64,000 bases of DNA from Acidimicrobiia bacterium (lineage in GTDB: Bacteria > Actinomycetota > Acidimicrobiia > Spongiisociales > JAENVV01): positions 2,640 through 66,639 of the forward strand of contig JBFKVA010000004.1 in assembly GCA_041635475.1 (NCBI GenBank), written 5' to 3'. Of the stretch, positions 1-9,351 are shown in pieces. Both the position numbers and the translations under genes were made by a program. Within the stretch, counting starts at the first letter, position 1, and every line of letters starts with the position of its first letter. The notes under the pieces are model-generated. The model did not search any database. It worked only from the letters and a program-made list of their open reading frames with translations, and had not been told where the DNA came from.

Positions 1-676
1 TCGACATGAACGCCGATACCCCGATGAGGCCGGCCAGGAGCTGCTTGGGACCCGACCCGGCGGTGGCGACGATCGACACCGCGGCGAGGCGGTCGAGCTC
101 GACCCGTTTCATGGCCTCGGCCATGAGGAATCCGGCGAAGAAGAGCACGATGATCGGGTCGAAGAAGTGCTCGAGGGCAGGTCCGGCACCCGACACGCCA
201 CCGGCGACGAGGGCGACGGGGATGAGGAGGGCCGTGGTGTGGAGGGGCAAGGCCTCGGTCACCCACAGGACGAGGACCGCGGCCAGGACCGCCGTGACCG
301 GTCGGGCATCGACCGGTGGACGGCGAAGCGCGGTGAGCGTCGGACCGTCGACCGTCGTGATCGGGACGAGTTCCAGCGTCCCGTCCGGGAGGAGGAGATG
401 GGCCTCGGCCGAACCCTCGGACGCCTCGATGCCGGTCAGCGTGACGGCGATCGTCTCGTCGACCGGGAAACCGCCGGGCGCCTCGAGCCAGAACCCGTCG
501 GCGGTGGCGACCTCGAGCGGCGTCGTGTCACCGATCTCGATCTCTTGGACGAAGACGACCTCGGACCCGATCGAGATGCGCAGTTCTCCGGGCCCGCTCG
601 GCCACTCGCCCGGGGCCGCCGACCACGCCCACGCGGAGAGGACGACCGCCAGAGCCACGGGCCAGATCCTCCCCAT
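1..676 (-). CDS. SLC13/DASS-type permease, N-terminal part, runs off the left edge
   Basis: Own minus-strand translation from ATG at 676: MGRIWPVALAVVLSAWAWS (signal-like), about 110 aa soluble segment, then TM segments VLWVTEALPLHTTALLIPV and IIVLFFAGFLMAEAM typical of DASS permeases. Frame stays open to position 1, so it is absent from the ORF track. Confidence 0.55.
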   Translation of the reverse strand, partial: MGRIWPVALAVVLSAWAWSAAPGEWPSGPGELRISIGSEVVFVQEIEIGDTTPLEVATADGFWLEAPGGFPVDETIAVTLTGIEASEGSAEAHLLLPDGTLELVPITTVDGPTLTALRRPPVDARPVTAVLAAVLVLWVTEALPLHTTALLIPVALVAGGVSGAGPALEHFFDPIIVLFFAGFLMAEAMKRVELDRLAAVSIVATAGSGPKQLLAGLIGVSAFMS

Positions 677-712
677 GAGCGCATGGCGCTCCACGCGGTT
701 CACACGGAGAGC

Positions 713-1243
713 CTACGCCGCCTCCGTGGTCCCTCCCGGTGGGGCGGGCACCCAGACCCGGGTGCCCGCCACGAAGTCGTGGAGGGCCCGCCCGGTCCGG
801 GCCGCCGTCACGACCGAGGCGACCACGAGGACCTGGGCGGCGACGGCAGCGACGGCCCACACGGTCGCCGAGGGATCGTCGATGAGGCGGAAGACCGCCG
901 AGTGTGCGAGCTGCCATGGAAGGAACTTCACTGCCGACCGGATTGCCGACCTCGAGAGGTCGATCCGCTCTCCGTCCAGGCTGGTGACGGTCAACCCCCG
1001 GCGTGCCTTTCCGAACGTCGCCCGGGCCGGGGACGCCTCCTGGAGGGCGAAGGTGACAACGACCGGGAGGACGAGCGTCAGGAATGCGAGGGAATCCCTG
1101 GACCCTGCAGAGGTGAGCGCGACATCGAACGACCGGAGCCCGACGCCGATGGCCGCCGCAAACAACGCCCAGCCGAGGATCACCACCGCGTCGAGGAGTG
1201 ACGCCTCGGCTCGCAGCCGGCCCACGCGGAATCCGTGGGTCAC
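713..1243 (-). CDS. RDD family membrane protein
   Basis: C-terminal part of track ORF 713..2509. RLRAEASLLDAVVILGW plus TM helices fit an RDD domain. GTG at 1243 overlaps the upstream stop by 4 nt (GTGA). Confidence 0.55.
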   Translation of the reverse strand: MTHGFRVGRLRAEASLLDAVVILGWALFAAAIGVGLRSFDVALTSAGSRDSLAFLTLVLPVVVTFALQEASPARATFGKARRGLTVTSLDGERIDLSRSAIRSAVKFLPWQLAHSAVFRLIDDPSATVWAVAAVAAQVLVVASVVTAARTGRALHDFVAGTRVWVPAPPGGTTEAA

Positions 1244-1806
1244 GCCGCCCCGATCCGGGCAGGGGAACGCTCGGCGTGGATCGCCTCCATGCCGTACCAG
1301 GCGTACCCGAACCCGAACATGATCCGTTGGACGAGGCCCGCGATGCCCGAGACGTTGAACATCGCCATCGTGAGCCCCAGGGCCACAACGACCGCCACGG
1401 CGTCGAAGACCCGGGCGCCTCCTCGGGCCTGCCCCCGCCTCAGGGACACGAGGATGACTCCCACCGTGAACCCGAAACCGACGGCGTTGGCGGCCGCCGA
1501 GTGGAGGACGTCCTCGAACTCGACGAACGGGACGTCGAGCCACGGCTTGTGCGAGAACGCCGCAGCCCCGAGCATGCCGACGCCGTAGAGACGGTGAGCG
1601 GCCCTCCCCCATGACCCCCATGCGTTCCCGGCCGCCTGCGTCAGGCGCAGGACGGCCAGGCCCAGGAGGAGGAAGCCGGACCGGGTCAGCCATGCTCCCT
1701 CGAGTCCCTGGGCGGCGGATTCGGAGACGGAGTGCTCGATCACCGAGTAGGAGCCCGGCATGAGCAGGGGGGCGATGACCACGGCGGCCATCGACACGGC
1801 GAGCAT
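1240..1806 (-). CDS. DUF998-like polytopic membrane protein
   Basis: Track ORF 1240..1869. Internal Met MLAVSMAAVVIAPLL chosen to avoid overlap with the upstream gene. Several hydrophobic helices. Confidence 0.45.
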   Translation of the reverse strand: MLAVSMAAVVIAPLLMPGSYSVIEHSVSESAAQGLEGAWLTRSGFLLLGLAVLRLTQAAGNAWGSWGRAAHRLYGVGMLGAAAFSHKPWLDVPFVEFEDVLHSAAANAVGFGFTVGVILVSLRRGQARGGARVFDAVAVVVALGLTMAMFNVSGIAGLVQRIMFGFGYAWYGMEAIHAERSPARIGAA

Positions 1807-1820
1807 GGCGAGTGTCGTCC

Positions 1821-3572
1821 TCAAGGCAGGAGGTCCTCGGGGACGTCCACGACCCGGGCCCGCAGCCACTCCCCGAGGCCCTTGGCCTGTCCGTCCAGAC
1901 GGAGGGTGGAGCTGACGCCCTCGTCGAGGAGGTTGCGAATGAAGAAGTGGATCGATCGCAGGCGGGGGAATTCGTCGCGGGTGATGTCGAGCTCGGCGAC
2001 CTCCGGCAGGAGCTGGCGCAGGGTGGCGGTCGTGAGGAACCTGCGGAGCCAGGCGTAGACCTCATCGTTTCGAGCGAACACCCCGAGGTTGGCGTGCCCG
2101 CCCTTGTCCCCGGCCCGGGCCCCGACGACCGTTCCGAGCGGTAGCCGCACGGTCGCTCCCGACGCCGCGTCGCCGGCGGGCACCGTGGGCACGTCGGCCT
2201 CGAACGGATCGCCGGGATCGGTCTGGTCGATGGGGATCTCCTGGCCGCCGACGCGGACGACCTCGTGGACGGCATCCCGGGCGATGATGGCGGGCCAGTA
2301 CCGAGCAAACGGCTTCCCCGGCCCGGGGGGCCAGGCACCGAACATTCCCGGGATGGAGCCGAGCGCGGTGTGGATGAGGGTGTCGGCGAACGCCCTGCCC
2401 ACCTTGTCGGGATCGCGGTCCGCCACCGCGATGCGGAGCCAGCTGACGGCGGCGTCGTTGGTGTCCGGGTCCTGCGCCCCGACCCCGATGATCGAGGTCT
2501 CGACGGCATCGAAGTCGCCCGGCCCGAACTCGCAGGCGTCCCATACCTGTCGTTCGATGAGGTCCGCCTTCTCGGCCTGGTTGGGCCCGGTGAGGCCTAT
2601 CTGGAACGAGTTCTTGAACCCTCCGGCGTACCCGGCCGCCACCTTGAGGGCGGGAGGCGGCGGCTCTCCCTTGATGCCGAAGAGTCGGACACGATCGGGG
2701 CCGGTCTCCTCGATCTCGATGCTGTCGAACCGAACGGTCACATCGGGATTGAGGTAGCGAGCACCGCTGATCTCGTAGAGCAGCTGACTGGTGACGGTCC
2801 CGCGAGAGACCTCACCGCCGGTGTTGTCATGCTTGCCGACGACCACACTGCCGTCGTCGTGCACGTCGACCCACGGGAATCCGGGATGGGTGAGGTCTTC
2901 GACCTCCGTGAAGAAGGAGTAGTTCCCACCAGTCGCCTGGCATCCGCACTCGATCATGTGGCCGCCAACCACCGCCCCGGCCAGCCGGTCCCAGTCGTCC
3001 CTCCCCCACCCGTGCCACCACGCCGCCGGGCCGCTGGTGAGGGAGGCGTCGGTCACACGTCCGGTGACGACCACGTCGGCTCCCCGTCGAAGGGCCTCGG
3101 TGATCCCCCACCCCCCGAGGTAGACGTTGGCGGTGACGATCTCCTGCGCCCGCTCCCCCAGCGGTTCCCCGGTGTCGAGGTGGGCGAGTGTGTGCCCGGC
3201 GGCCTGAAGGTCGGGGAGGCGGCCGACCAGGTCATCGCCGGAGACGCTGGCGACCGTGGCCCGGAGACCGAGCCGGTCCGCCACTTCGTCGACCGCCTCC
3301 GCACAGCCGATCGGGTCGAGCCCGCCGGCGTTGACGACGATCTTCACCCCCCGGTCGAGGCATTCGCCAAGGATCTCTTCGACAAGCGGAATGAAGGTCC
3401 GGGCGTACCCGACGTGGCGCTGCCGGACCCGGGCCATGATGAGCATCGTGAGTTCGGCGAGGTACTCGCCGGTGAGGACGTCGATGGGGCCACCATCCAG
3501 CTGCTCGCGGGCAGCCGTCGGCCGGTCCCCGAACATGCCGGCGAAGTTGGCGATGCGGATCGGGCGGGCCAT
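1821..3572 (-). CDS. acyclic terpene utilisation AtuA family (DUF1446) protein
   Basis: 583 aa ORF. N-terminus MARPIRIANFAGMFGDRP, DVLTGEYLAELTM and HMIECGCQATGGNYSFF match my recollection of AtuA/DUF1446. Confidence 0.75.
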   Translation of the reverse strand: MARPIRIANFAGMFGDRPTAAREQLDGGPIDVLTGEYLAELTMLIMARVRQRHVGYARTFIPLVEEILGECLDRGVKIVVNAGGLDPIGCAEAVDEVADRLGLRATVASVSGDDLVGRLPDLQAAGHTLAHLDTGEPLGERAQEIVTANVYLGGWGITEALRRGADVVVTGRVTDASLTSGPAAWWHGWGRDDWDRLAGAVVGGHMIECGCQATGGNYSFFTEVEDLTHPGFPWVDVHDDGSVVVGKHDNTGGEVSRGTVTSQLLYEISGARYLNPDVTVRFDSIEIEETGPDRVRLFGIKGEPPPPALKVAAGYAGGFKNSFQIGLTGPNQAEKADLIERQVWDACEFGPGDFDAVETSIIGVGAQDPDTNDAAVSWLRIAVADRDPDKVGRAFADTLIHTALGSIPGMFGAWPPGPGKPFARYWPAIIARDAVHEVVRVGGQEIPIDQTDPGDPFEADVPTVPAGDAASGATVRLPLGTVVGARAGDKGGHANLGVFARNDEVYAWLRRFLTTATLRQLLPEVAELDITRDEFPRLRSIHFFIRNLLDEGVSSTLRLDGQAKGLGEWLRARVVDVPEDLLP

Positions 3573-3633
3573 GGCGCGATGGTACCGAACCGTGGGATCG
3601 GGTCTCCCGGGCGCCCGGGGGGGACCGGCGGTG

Positions 3634-4380
3634 TCAGGTGTTGGCGATACGCCGCGCCATCAGGCGGTCGTACAGGCCCGGGGTCAGCCGCGCCACGACC
3701 CACGCCAGGCGGGCGGTCGACGAGGGCAGGACGAGTCGGCGCCGTTCGAGCATGCCGTCCACGGCCAGCCGTGCCACTCGGTCCGGCGAGACCACTGTGC
3801 CGGTCGTCGACCACGATCCCCCGCGCCCCTCTGCCCGGAACGCCGCCCGCGTCTCGATCCCGGTCCGCACGAACGATGGGCAGATGAGCGTCACCGAGAC
3901 GCCGGTGCCGCTCATCTCCGCCCGCAGGCTGTCGAAGAACCCGTGGAGCCCGTGCTTGGACGCGGCGTAGGCGGTGCGGTGCACGAGGGGAGAGAACCCC
4001 GACACGCTCGAGAACACCGCAATCCGGCCCTCTCGCGCGGCGAGGCCATCGATGGCAGCCCGCGTGACCGCGATCGTGCCGGTGAGGTTCACGTCGATGA
4101 CCCGGACCATCGCTGCGGTGGGCGTCTCCCGGAGTGGACCAAGGGAGGTGATGCCGTGGGCCAGGACGAGGCCGTCGAGCGGCCCGATCCGCTCAAGGGT
4201 GTGGACCACACCCTCGTGGTCGGTGACGTCCATGGGGTACGCCTCGCCCTCCAGTCCGTCCACGATCGTGTCGAGCGCCACCACGTCGGCGCCTCGCGAC
4301 GCCAGCTCGGCACACACCGCCCGGCCGATGCCACCGCCCGCCCCCGTCACGGCGAACCGGAGGCCCTCGATCTCAGGCAT
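3634..4380 (-). CDS. SDR family oxidoreductase
   Basis: In-frame Met inside track ORF 3634..4968. TGAGGGIG Rossmann motif and YAASK catalytic motif. Confidence 0.85.
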   Translation of the reverse strand: MPEIEGLRFAVTGAGGGIGRAVCAELASRGADVVALDTIVDGLEGEAYPMDVTDHEGVVHTLERIGPLDGLVLAHGITSLGPLRETPTAAMVRVIDVNLTGTIAVTRAAIDGLAAREGRIAVFSSVSGFSPLVHRTAYAASKHGLHGFFDSLRAEMSGTGVSVTLICPSFVRTGIETRAAFRAEGRGGSWSTTGTVVSPDRVARLAVDGMLERRRLVLPSSTARLAWVVARLTPGLYDRLMARRIANT

Positions 4381-5302
4381 GACGACCGACGAAGGAACGG
4401 AACGCTTCGAGGGAGGTCTTCGACGGCCGGTAGCCGAACTCCTCCCTGAGTCGGCGGTTGGACAGCACGGGCCGGTACCGGAGGAAGTCGACCTGCTCGG
4501 GCCCGTAGGGAACCAGCCGCAGTGGGTGGAGCACGGCCAGGGCGCGCGACACGACCCCCGCCGGGAGTGGTACGTAGGGCCTGCCCAGTTCGCGGGCGAG
4601 GTCCCGTAGCGGGATGGCGCCGTCCCCGGCGAGGTTGAACCGCCCTTCCTTGAGCTCCAGGCACCCCTCGACGACGACGTCCACGACGTCGGAGTCCCAG
4701 ATGAACACGAACGGCGTGGCCGACCCCGAGATCCCCAGGACGACGCGGCGCTCGAACAACGCGCTGAGTTGATTGCTGACCCCGGTCCCGAGGATCGTCC
4801 CCGGGCGCAGGACGAGCTGGCGCAGCTCGGGGTGGGAGAGCCGGTACCCGGCCAGCATCTCCTCGACGAGGCGCTTGTGGTCCGAGTACGCAAACTCGGG
4901 ATTGCCCCGGAGCGGGTCGTCCTCGTCGATCCACAGAGGGTTGTCGGGGTGATACCCGTAGGCAGCACCGGACGACGTCACGGTGAGGTGGTCGACGTCC
5001 GCCCTCAGGCAGGCCTCCACCACGTTGGCGGTCCCCTCCACGTCCACCGCATGGAGGAACTCCCGCGTGTGATGGGGCTGGGGAGAGACGACGGCCGCCA
5101 GGTGGACGACGCGGTCGATGCCCTCGAGTTCGAGGAGGTCACCGAGGGCGGAGTCGCGGACGTCCATCACCCGGTGCAGCGGTGGCGCCGGCCGGTCCCG
5201 GATGTCGATGCCGATCACCCGCTCGACCCGGGGGTCGTCCACCAGCCGGTCGACCACCTGCGAGCCGATGAAGCCTGCCGCCCCGGTGACGAGGACCCTC
5301 AT
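4373..5302 (-). CDS. NAD-dependent epimerase/dehydratase family protein
   Basis: MRVLVTGAAGFIGSQVV Rossmann start and YSDHK (YxxxK). 8-nt overlap with the downstream SDR gene. Confidence 0.85.
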   Translation of the reverse strand: MRVLVTGAAGFIGSQVVDRLVDDPRVERVIGIDIRDRPAPPLHRVMDVRDSALGDLLELEGIDRVVHLAAVVSPQPHHTREFLHAVDVEGTANVVEACLRADVDHLTVTSSGAAYGYHPDNPLWIDEDDPLRGNPEFAYSDHKRLVEEMLAGYRLSHPELRQLVLRPGTILGTGVSNQLSALFERRVVLGISGSATPFVFIWDSDVVDVVVEGCLELKEGRFNLAGDGAIPLRDLARELGRPYVPLPAGVVSRALAVLHPLRLVPYGPEQVDFLRYRPVLSNRRLREEFGYRPSKTSLEAFRSFVGRHA

Positions 5303-5321
5303 CACCCACCCCTCGTCGTTC

Positions 5322-5362
5322 TGGGGTCGTTTGAGCGCGTATGTGACCACCAAACGACCCCA
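5322..5362 (-). terminator. perfect 12-bp inverted repeat (TGGGGTCGTTTG / CAAACGACCCCA) with 17-nt loop, just after the BASS gene stop
   Basis: Read directly. Arms at 5322-5333 and 5351-5362 are exact reverse complements. No U-tract follows. Confidence 0.4.
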
Positions 5363-5372
5363 AGACGGCTCT

Positions 5373-6287
5373 TCATGCGGGGATGGGGACGGGTCGCCGG
5401 CGCCAGAAGGAGGCCACGGCCAACCCGCTGATGAGGTGCCACACCCCCCACCAGGCAGCGATGATGGCCATGCCGCCGAGTCCGTCGAAGAACCCGAAGA
5501 TGAGCACGAGGGCCAGTGCGGAGTTCTGGATCCCGACCTCGATCGAGATGGCCCGGGCGTCGTAGCGGTGATTGCCCGTCCCTCTCGCCACCCAGTACCC
5601 CACTGCCAGGGCAAGACCGTTGTGGAGTGCGACGGCGAAGGCCACGGCCCCCACGTTCTCCAGGAACTGCGCCCAGTTGCCGGCCAGGGCGCCCACGATG
5701 AAGAGCCCGAAGAGGACGAGCGAGATGCGGCGCATCGGCGTCCGCAGGCGTCCGGCGAGCTCGGGGCGCTTGGCCACGAGGAGCATGCCGAGCACGAGCG
5801 GGATGCCGAGGATGAGGAGGATCGTCACGAAGAGATCGATCGGGTCGAGGCTCACCTCGGCCAGGATCGCCTTCGTCCCCTCGTCGCGGTTCCCCCAGAA
5901 CGACAGGTTGAAGGGTGTCGCCACGATGGCGAGGGCCGTCGAGATCGCAGTCATGCTCACACTCATGGCGGCATTCGACTTCGAGTAGGCGGCGAGGAAG
6001 TTGGAGAAGTTGCCGCCCGGACACGCCGCCACCATGAGCATCCCGAGGGCGATCGACGGAAGCGGGTCGATGACCTGGATGAGGAGGAAGGTGAAGGCCG
6101 GCAGCAGCAGGAACTGGGCACCAAGGCCGATGAGCGGACCCCGGGGATCGCGAACGACCCGCCGGAAGTCCTCGACCCGGATGTCCAGGGCCACCCCGAA
6201 CATGATGAGGCCGATGAGGACGTTGAGGATCGTCAGCGTCGTCGTGTTGAAGTTGAGTTGGACCTGATCGATCGTCTCCACGTGCAT
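5373..6287 (-). CDS. bile acid:sodium symporter (BASS) family transporter
   Basis: Start MHVETIDQVQLNF preceded by GGAGGG. ACPGGNFSNF and MTAISTALAIVATP motifs. About 9 TM helices. Confidence 0.85.
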   Translation of the reverse strand: MHVETIDQVQLNFNTTTLTILNVLIGLIMFGVALDIRVEDFRRVVRDPRGPLIGLGAQFLLLPAFTFLLIQVIDPLPSIALGMLMVAACPGGNFSNFLAAYSKSNAAMSVSMTAISTALAIVATPFNLSFWGNRDEGTKAILAEVSLDPIDLFVTILLILGIPLVLGMLLVAKRPELAGRLRTPMRRISLVLFGLFIVGALAGNWAQFLENVGAVAFAVALHNGLALAVGYWVARGTGNHRYDARAISIEVGIQNSALALVLIFGFFDGLGGMAIIAAWWGVWHLISGLAVASFWRRRPVPIPA

Positions 6288-6298
6288 CCCTCCGCGGT

Positions 6299-8035
6299 TC
6301 AGCCTCTGGGCTCTTGGTGCATGTCCTTGAAGGTTCGCAGGGCCGGTGCCCACATGTGGGCCACCGGGTCGACATCCACATGGATGACCGCCGGCATGCC
6401 GGAGGCGACCGCTCGTTCGATGGCCGGGGCCAGCTCCTCCTCCGCTGTGACCCGCTCCCCGTGGGCGCCCATCGCCCGGGCGAGGTCGTCGAATCGTGTC
6501 TCGGTGAAGTCGGCGTTGATCGTTTCGTCGTCGGGGAGGGACTTGCGCACAAGCGTCCTGATGGGCTTCAACGCGAACTGCTGGCTCATCTTCACCATGC
6601 CCCACTGGAGGTCGACGAAGACGATCCAGATGACGGGCAGGGCGTTGCGGACCGCCGTTTCGATCTCCTGGGGGTGGAACCCCATGGCCCCGTCGCCGAT
6701 GAGGCACACGACCCGCCTCGTCGGGGCCGCCACCTGGGCACCGAGGGCCTGTCCCACCCCGGCTCCCAACATGCCGAACTTGTAGGTGGCGAGGACGGAG
6801 TTGGGCCGTCGGGCCTGGTGGTAGAAGTGAGACCACACGGTGGTGTTGCCGCCGTCGAAGACCCAGATCGTGTCGTCGGGCATGACCTCCTGGGCCACGG
6901 CCGGGACCCTCCCCGGGCTCACCCCGGACGCCGGCTTTTCGGATTTCTTCTCGAGCTTGGCCCGGGCGGCCGCCTGTGGTTCCGTCCACGTATCGACCCG
7001 GTGGGCCCCGGGCTCGAGCCCGGCAAGCGCGTCCCCCAGGCGACGCAGGAACGCCCGCGCATCGGCGACGATCCCCAGGTCGACGGGGCGCATGGCGCCG
7101 ATGGCCGAGTCGTCGACGTCGACTTGGACGAGTCGTTGGTCGGCCGCCTGTGCCCAATACGGCGGTTTGCCCCACCAGTCGGTCTCCCCGAGTCTCGAGC
7201 CGAGGACGAGCACGACATCGGACTCGTTGCGCAGGCGCTGGTACACCTCGATCTGGGTCATCGGGATCGACAGCGGATGGGTCTCGGGAAGCGACCCGCG
7301 ACCGCCCCAGCTGGTCGTCACCGGGGCGCCCAACCTCTCGGCCACCGCCTCCAGTTCGGCGTGGGCCCTGGCGTGGATCACCCCGGTACCGGCGTGGATG
7401 AGCGGGGTCGAACTCCCGGCCAGGAGCCGAGCCGCCTGGTGGACGAGCACCGGGTCCGGTTCGAGAGGGTCGATGCGTCGGTACGTTCCCGGGGCGCCCA
7501 GCGACCGCTCGTCGAAACGCCCGGCCACGTTGATGAGGTCCTCGGGGATGTCGACGTGGACGACACCCGGTCGGCCCGACCAGGACCGTCGGAAGGCTCG
7601 CCTCATCATCTCGGGGATGCGATCGCGGCTCGGGACGTGTTCGGATGACTTGGCCATCTTCCCGATCACTCCGACCTGGTCGAAGTACTGGAAGGTCCCG
7701 CCCCGGTCGGGGTACGAGATGCCGGTGCGCCGACACGAGGTGATCAGCAGGACCCGGTTCCCTTCACCTTCCTCCACCGCCACGCCGGCGAGGGCGTTGG
7801 CCACGCCCGGCCCGTTGGAGGCAATGGCCACGCCCAGTCGCCCGGTGACCCGCGAGTAGGCCCCGGCCATGTGGACCGCCGACGCCTCGTGGCGCGGGGA
7901 GACGAGCCGGATGCCCTCGTCGGCGAGGACGCTGTAGAGCCCGAAGTACGTGCCGTCGACGATGCCGAACACGACCTCGACGCCCTCGGCAGCCAGCATC
8001 CGGGCAACGATTCCACCACCGGTGAGATTGGCCAT
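6299..8035 (-). CDS. thiamine pyrophosphate-binding enzyme (acetolactate synthase-like)
   Basis: MANLTGGGIVARML preceded by GAGGAGGA. NGPGVANA N-domain motif and IGDGAMGF TPP-binding motif. Confidence 0.85.
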   Translation of the reverse strand: MANLTGGGIVARMLAAEGVEVVFGIVDGTYFGLYSVLADEGIRLVSPRHEASAVHMAGAYSRVTGRLGVAIASNGPGVANALAGVAVEEGEGNRVLLITSCRRTGISYPDRGGTFQYFDQVGVIGKMAKSSEHVPSRDRIPEMMRRAFRRSWSGRPGVVHVDIPEDLINVAGRFDERSLGAPGTYRRIDPLEPDPVLVHQAARLLAGSSTPLIHAGTGVIHARAHAELEAVAERLGAPVTTSWGGRGSLPETHPLSIPMTQIEVYQRLRNESDVVLVLGSRLGETDWWGKPPYWAQAADQRLVQVDVDDSAIGAMRPVDLGIVADARAFLRRLGDALAGLEPGAHRVDTWTEPQAAARAKLEKKSEKPASGVSPGRVPAVAQEVMPDDTIWVFDGGNTTVWSHFYHQARRPNSVLATYKFGMLGAGVGQALGAQVAAPTRRVVCLIGDGAMGFHPQEIETAVRNALPVIWIVFVDLQWGMVKMSQQFALKPIRTLVRKSLPDDETINADFTETRFDDLARAMGAHGERVTAEEELAPAIERAVASGMPAVIHVDVDPVAHMWAPALRTFKDMHQEPRG

Positions 8036-8080
8036 CGCTCCTCCTCGGTCGCGCACGTCCGGTCGCAACCGCCGGGAACG

Positions 8081-8314
8081 CTAGCGCTGCCGACCGCCCG
8101 GGCCGTCCCCGGCTCCCCCGGCGTCGTCGGGGAAGAAGATGTCCTCGATGGGCTGATCCATGACCCGTGCGATGGTGAATGCGAGCGGCAGGCTCGGGTC
8201 GAAGCGGCCGGTCTCGATGGCGTTGACCGTTTGTCGCGACACGCCGAGCAACTCGGCGAGCGCACGCTGCGTGAGGTCTCGCTCCGCCCGCAGGACCTTG
8301 AGGCGGTTCCTCAC
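8081..8314 (-). CDS. small XRE-family helix-turn-helix regulator
   Basis: VRNRLKVLRAERDLTQRALAELLGVSRQTVNAIETGRFDPS. GTG start overlaps the stop of the upstream membrane gene (GTGA). Confidence 0.75.
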   Translation of the reverse strand: MRNRLKVLRAERDLTQRALAELLGVSRQTVNAIETGRFDPSLPLAFTIARVMDQPIEDIFFPDDAGGAGDGPGGRQR

Positions 8315-8760
8315 GAATAGTGCCTGGTGAGGACGAGGACCGAGACGACGTAGGCGGCGACCGCGACAACCATCGTCGCGACGTGCGGGAGTTCGGTCAT
8401 GGTGCCCTGGGCGAGTAGCTCGAACAGCTCCGAGCCGATGATGGCAAACCCGAACCCGATCGCCATCGAGTGGAGCTGGATCCGTCGCTGGAGTTCGTCG
8501 GCCCCCATCACGAAGCGCCGGTAGATCTCGATGGCACCGAGGCCGACCAGAGTCGGCGCCGCGATGATTGCCCACAGCAGCCGGACCGACGGCTCCCATC
8601 TCTCGATGGCCTCCGCCGCCAGGACAAAAACGGCCTGCCAGGCGAGCACCCAGCCGGTGGCAACCCACATGTTGCGGCGATCCGCGGCAGTGAGGGGACC
8701 ACAGGTGAGAATCTGCCACAGGGTCGGACGATCGGTGGTCATGACATGTCCTCTTTCCAT
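8311..8760 (-). CDS. hypothetical 4-TM membrane protein co-transcribed with the XRE regulator
   Basis: 149 aa ORF with hydrophobic helices. Alternative start at 8742 (MTTDRP) has an AAGAGGA SD. Confidence 0.55.
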   Translation of the reverse strand: MERGHVMTTDRPTLWQILTCGPLTAADRRNMWVATGWVLAWQAVFVLAAEAIERWEPSVRLLWAIIAAPTLVGLGAIEIYRRFVMGADELQRRIQLHSMAIGFGFAIIGSELFELLAQGTMTELPHVATMVVAVAAYVVSVLVLTRHYS

Positions 8761-8763
8761 TTA

Positions 8764-8822
8764 GTCAAGTTTCCTTGACATATGTTCTCATACGACCGCT
8801 ACCTATGTCAAGCACGCTTGAC
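8764..8822. promoter_or_regulatory. two copies of the palindrome GTCAAG-N4-CTTGAC (8764-8779 and 8807-8822)
   Basis: Read directly in the AT-richer 63-bp gap upstream of the membrane/XRE operon. Copies are 43 bp apart centre to centre. Confidence 0.5.
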
Positions 8823-8823
8823 C

Positions 8824-9273
8824 TCAGGCCCCTGGCTGGAAGATCATGAGGACGAGCAGGGCGAGGATGAGGAGCAGATCGATGCGTTGCACGGAGCTCA
8901 CCTTGCGCAGGTCCGCGATGAGGACGTCGGTGATGCCGTCCGCCTCGAGGCGGGCCGACAGCTCCTTCTCCTTCCTGGCGAAGTAGCCGATCCCGGTGAC
9001 CATGCCGACGACCCAGATGCCGAGGGAAGCCGAGATCCACACGTCGCCCCACGCCAGGTGATCGCCACCGAGGATGAGGACCACCGCCGTGAGTGCCACC
9101 AGCGGGACGACGGCCGGATAGACCCTGCTGGCCGTCGCTTGGACCCGGATGTGGGTCCGGGCGTACTCGTCCCGACCCTTCTTGCGGGACAACGCCACCA
9201 TCGACTCACCGAACATGGCGCCGCCCATCCACACGGCACCAAAGAGGACGTGGAGGAATCGTACGAACTCCAA
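8824..9273 (-). CDS. hypothetical 4-TM membrane protein (DUF2269/CopD-like)
   Basis: TTG start preceded by GGAAGGAG. FLHVLFGAVWMGG and further TM helices. Confidence 0.5.
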   Translation of the reverse strand: MEFVRFLHVLFGAVWMGGAMFGESMVALSRKKGRDEYARTHIRVQATASRVYPAVVPLVALTAVVLILGGDHLAWGDVWISASLGIWVVGMVTGIGYFARKEKELSARLEADGITDVLIADLRKVSSVQRIDLLLILALLVLMIFQPGA

Positions 9274-9351
9274 GCTTGCTCCTTCCGAGAGTGGCGGCCG
9301 AGGCTATCAGCCGAGACGAGTCGGACGCGGACACGCGCCGACCCGGTGACG

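Noticed and set aside
6-1322. 438-aa plus-strand ORF, plus similar long ORFs in the track (5118-6785 +, 10752-12044 -, 12968-14782 -, 13174-15495 +, 28370-30139 +, 30567-32555 +, 36130-38226 +, 39282-41138 -, 44241-46712 -, 57028-58830 -)
   Set aside because: The translations are Arg/Pro/Gly/Ala-rich low-complexity strings with no recognisable motifs. Each lies antisense to or out of frame with an ORF carrying clear family motifs. Such shadow ORFs are expected in high-GC DNA.
3606-3619. 14-nt palindrome CCCGGGCGCCCGGG between the AtuA and SDR genes
   Set aside because: Short GC-only palindromes are expected by chance at this base composition. It has no loop and no flanking signal.
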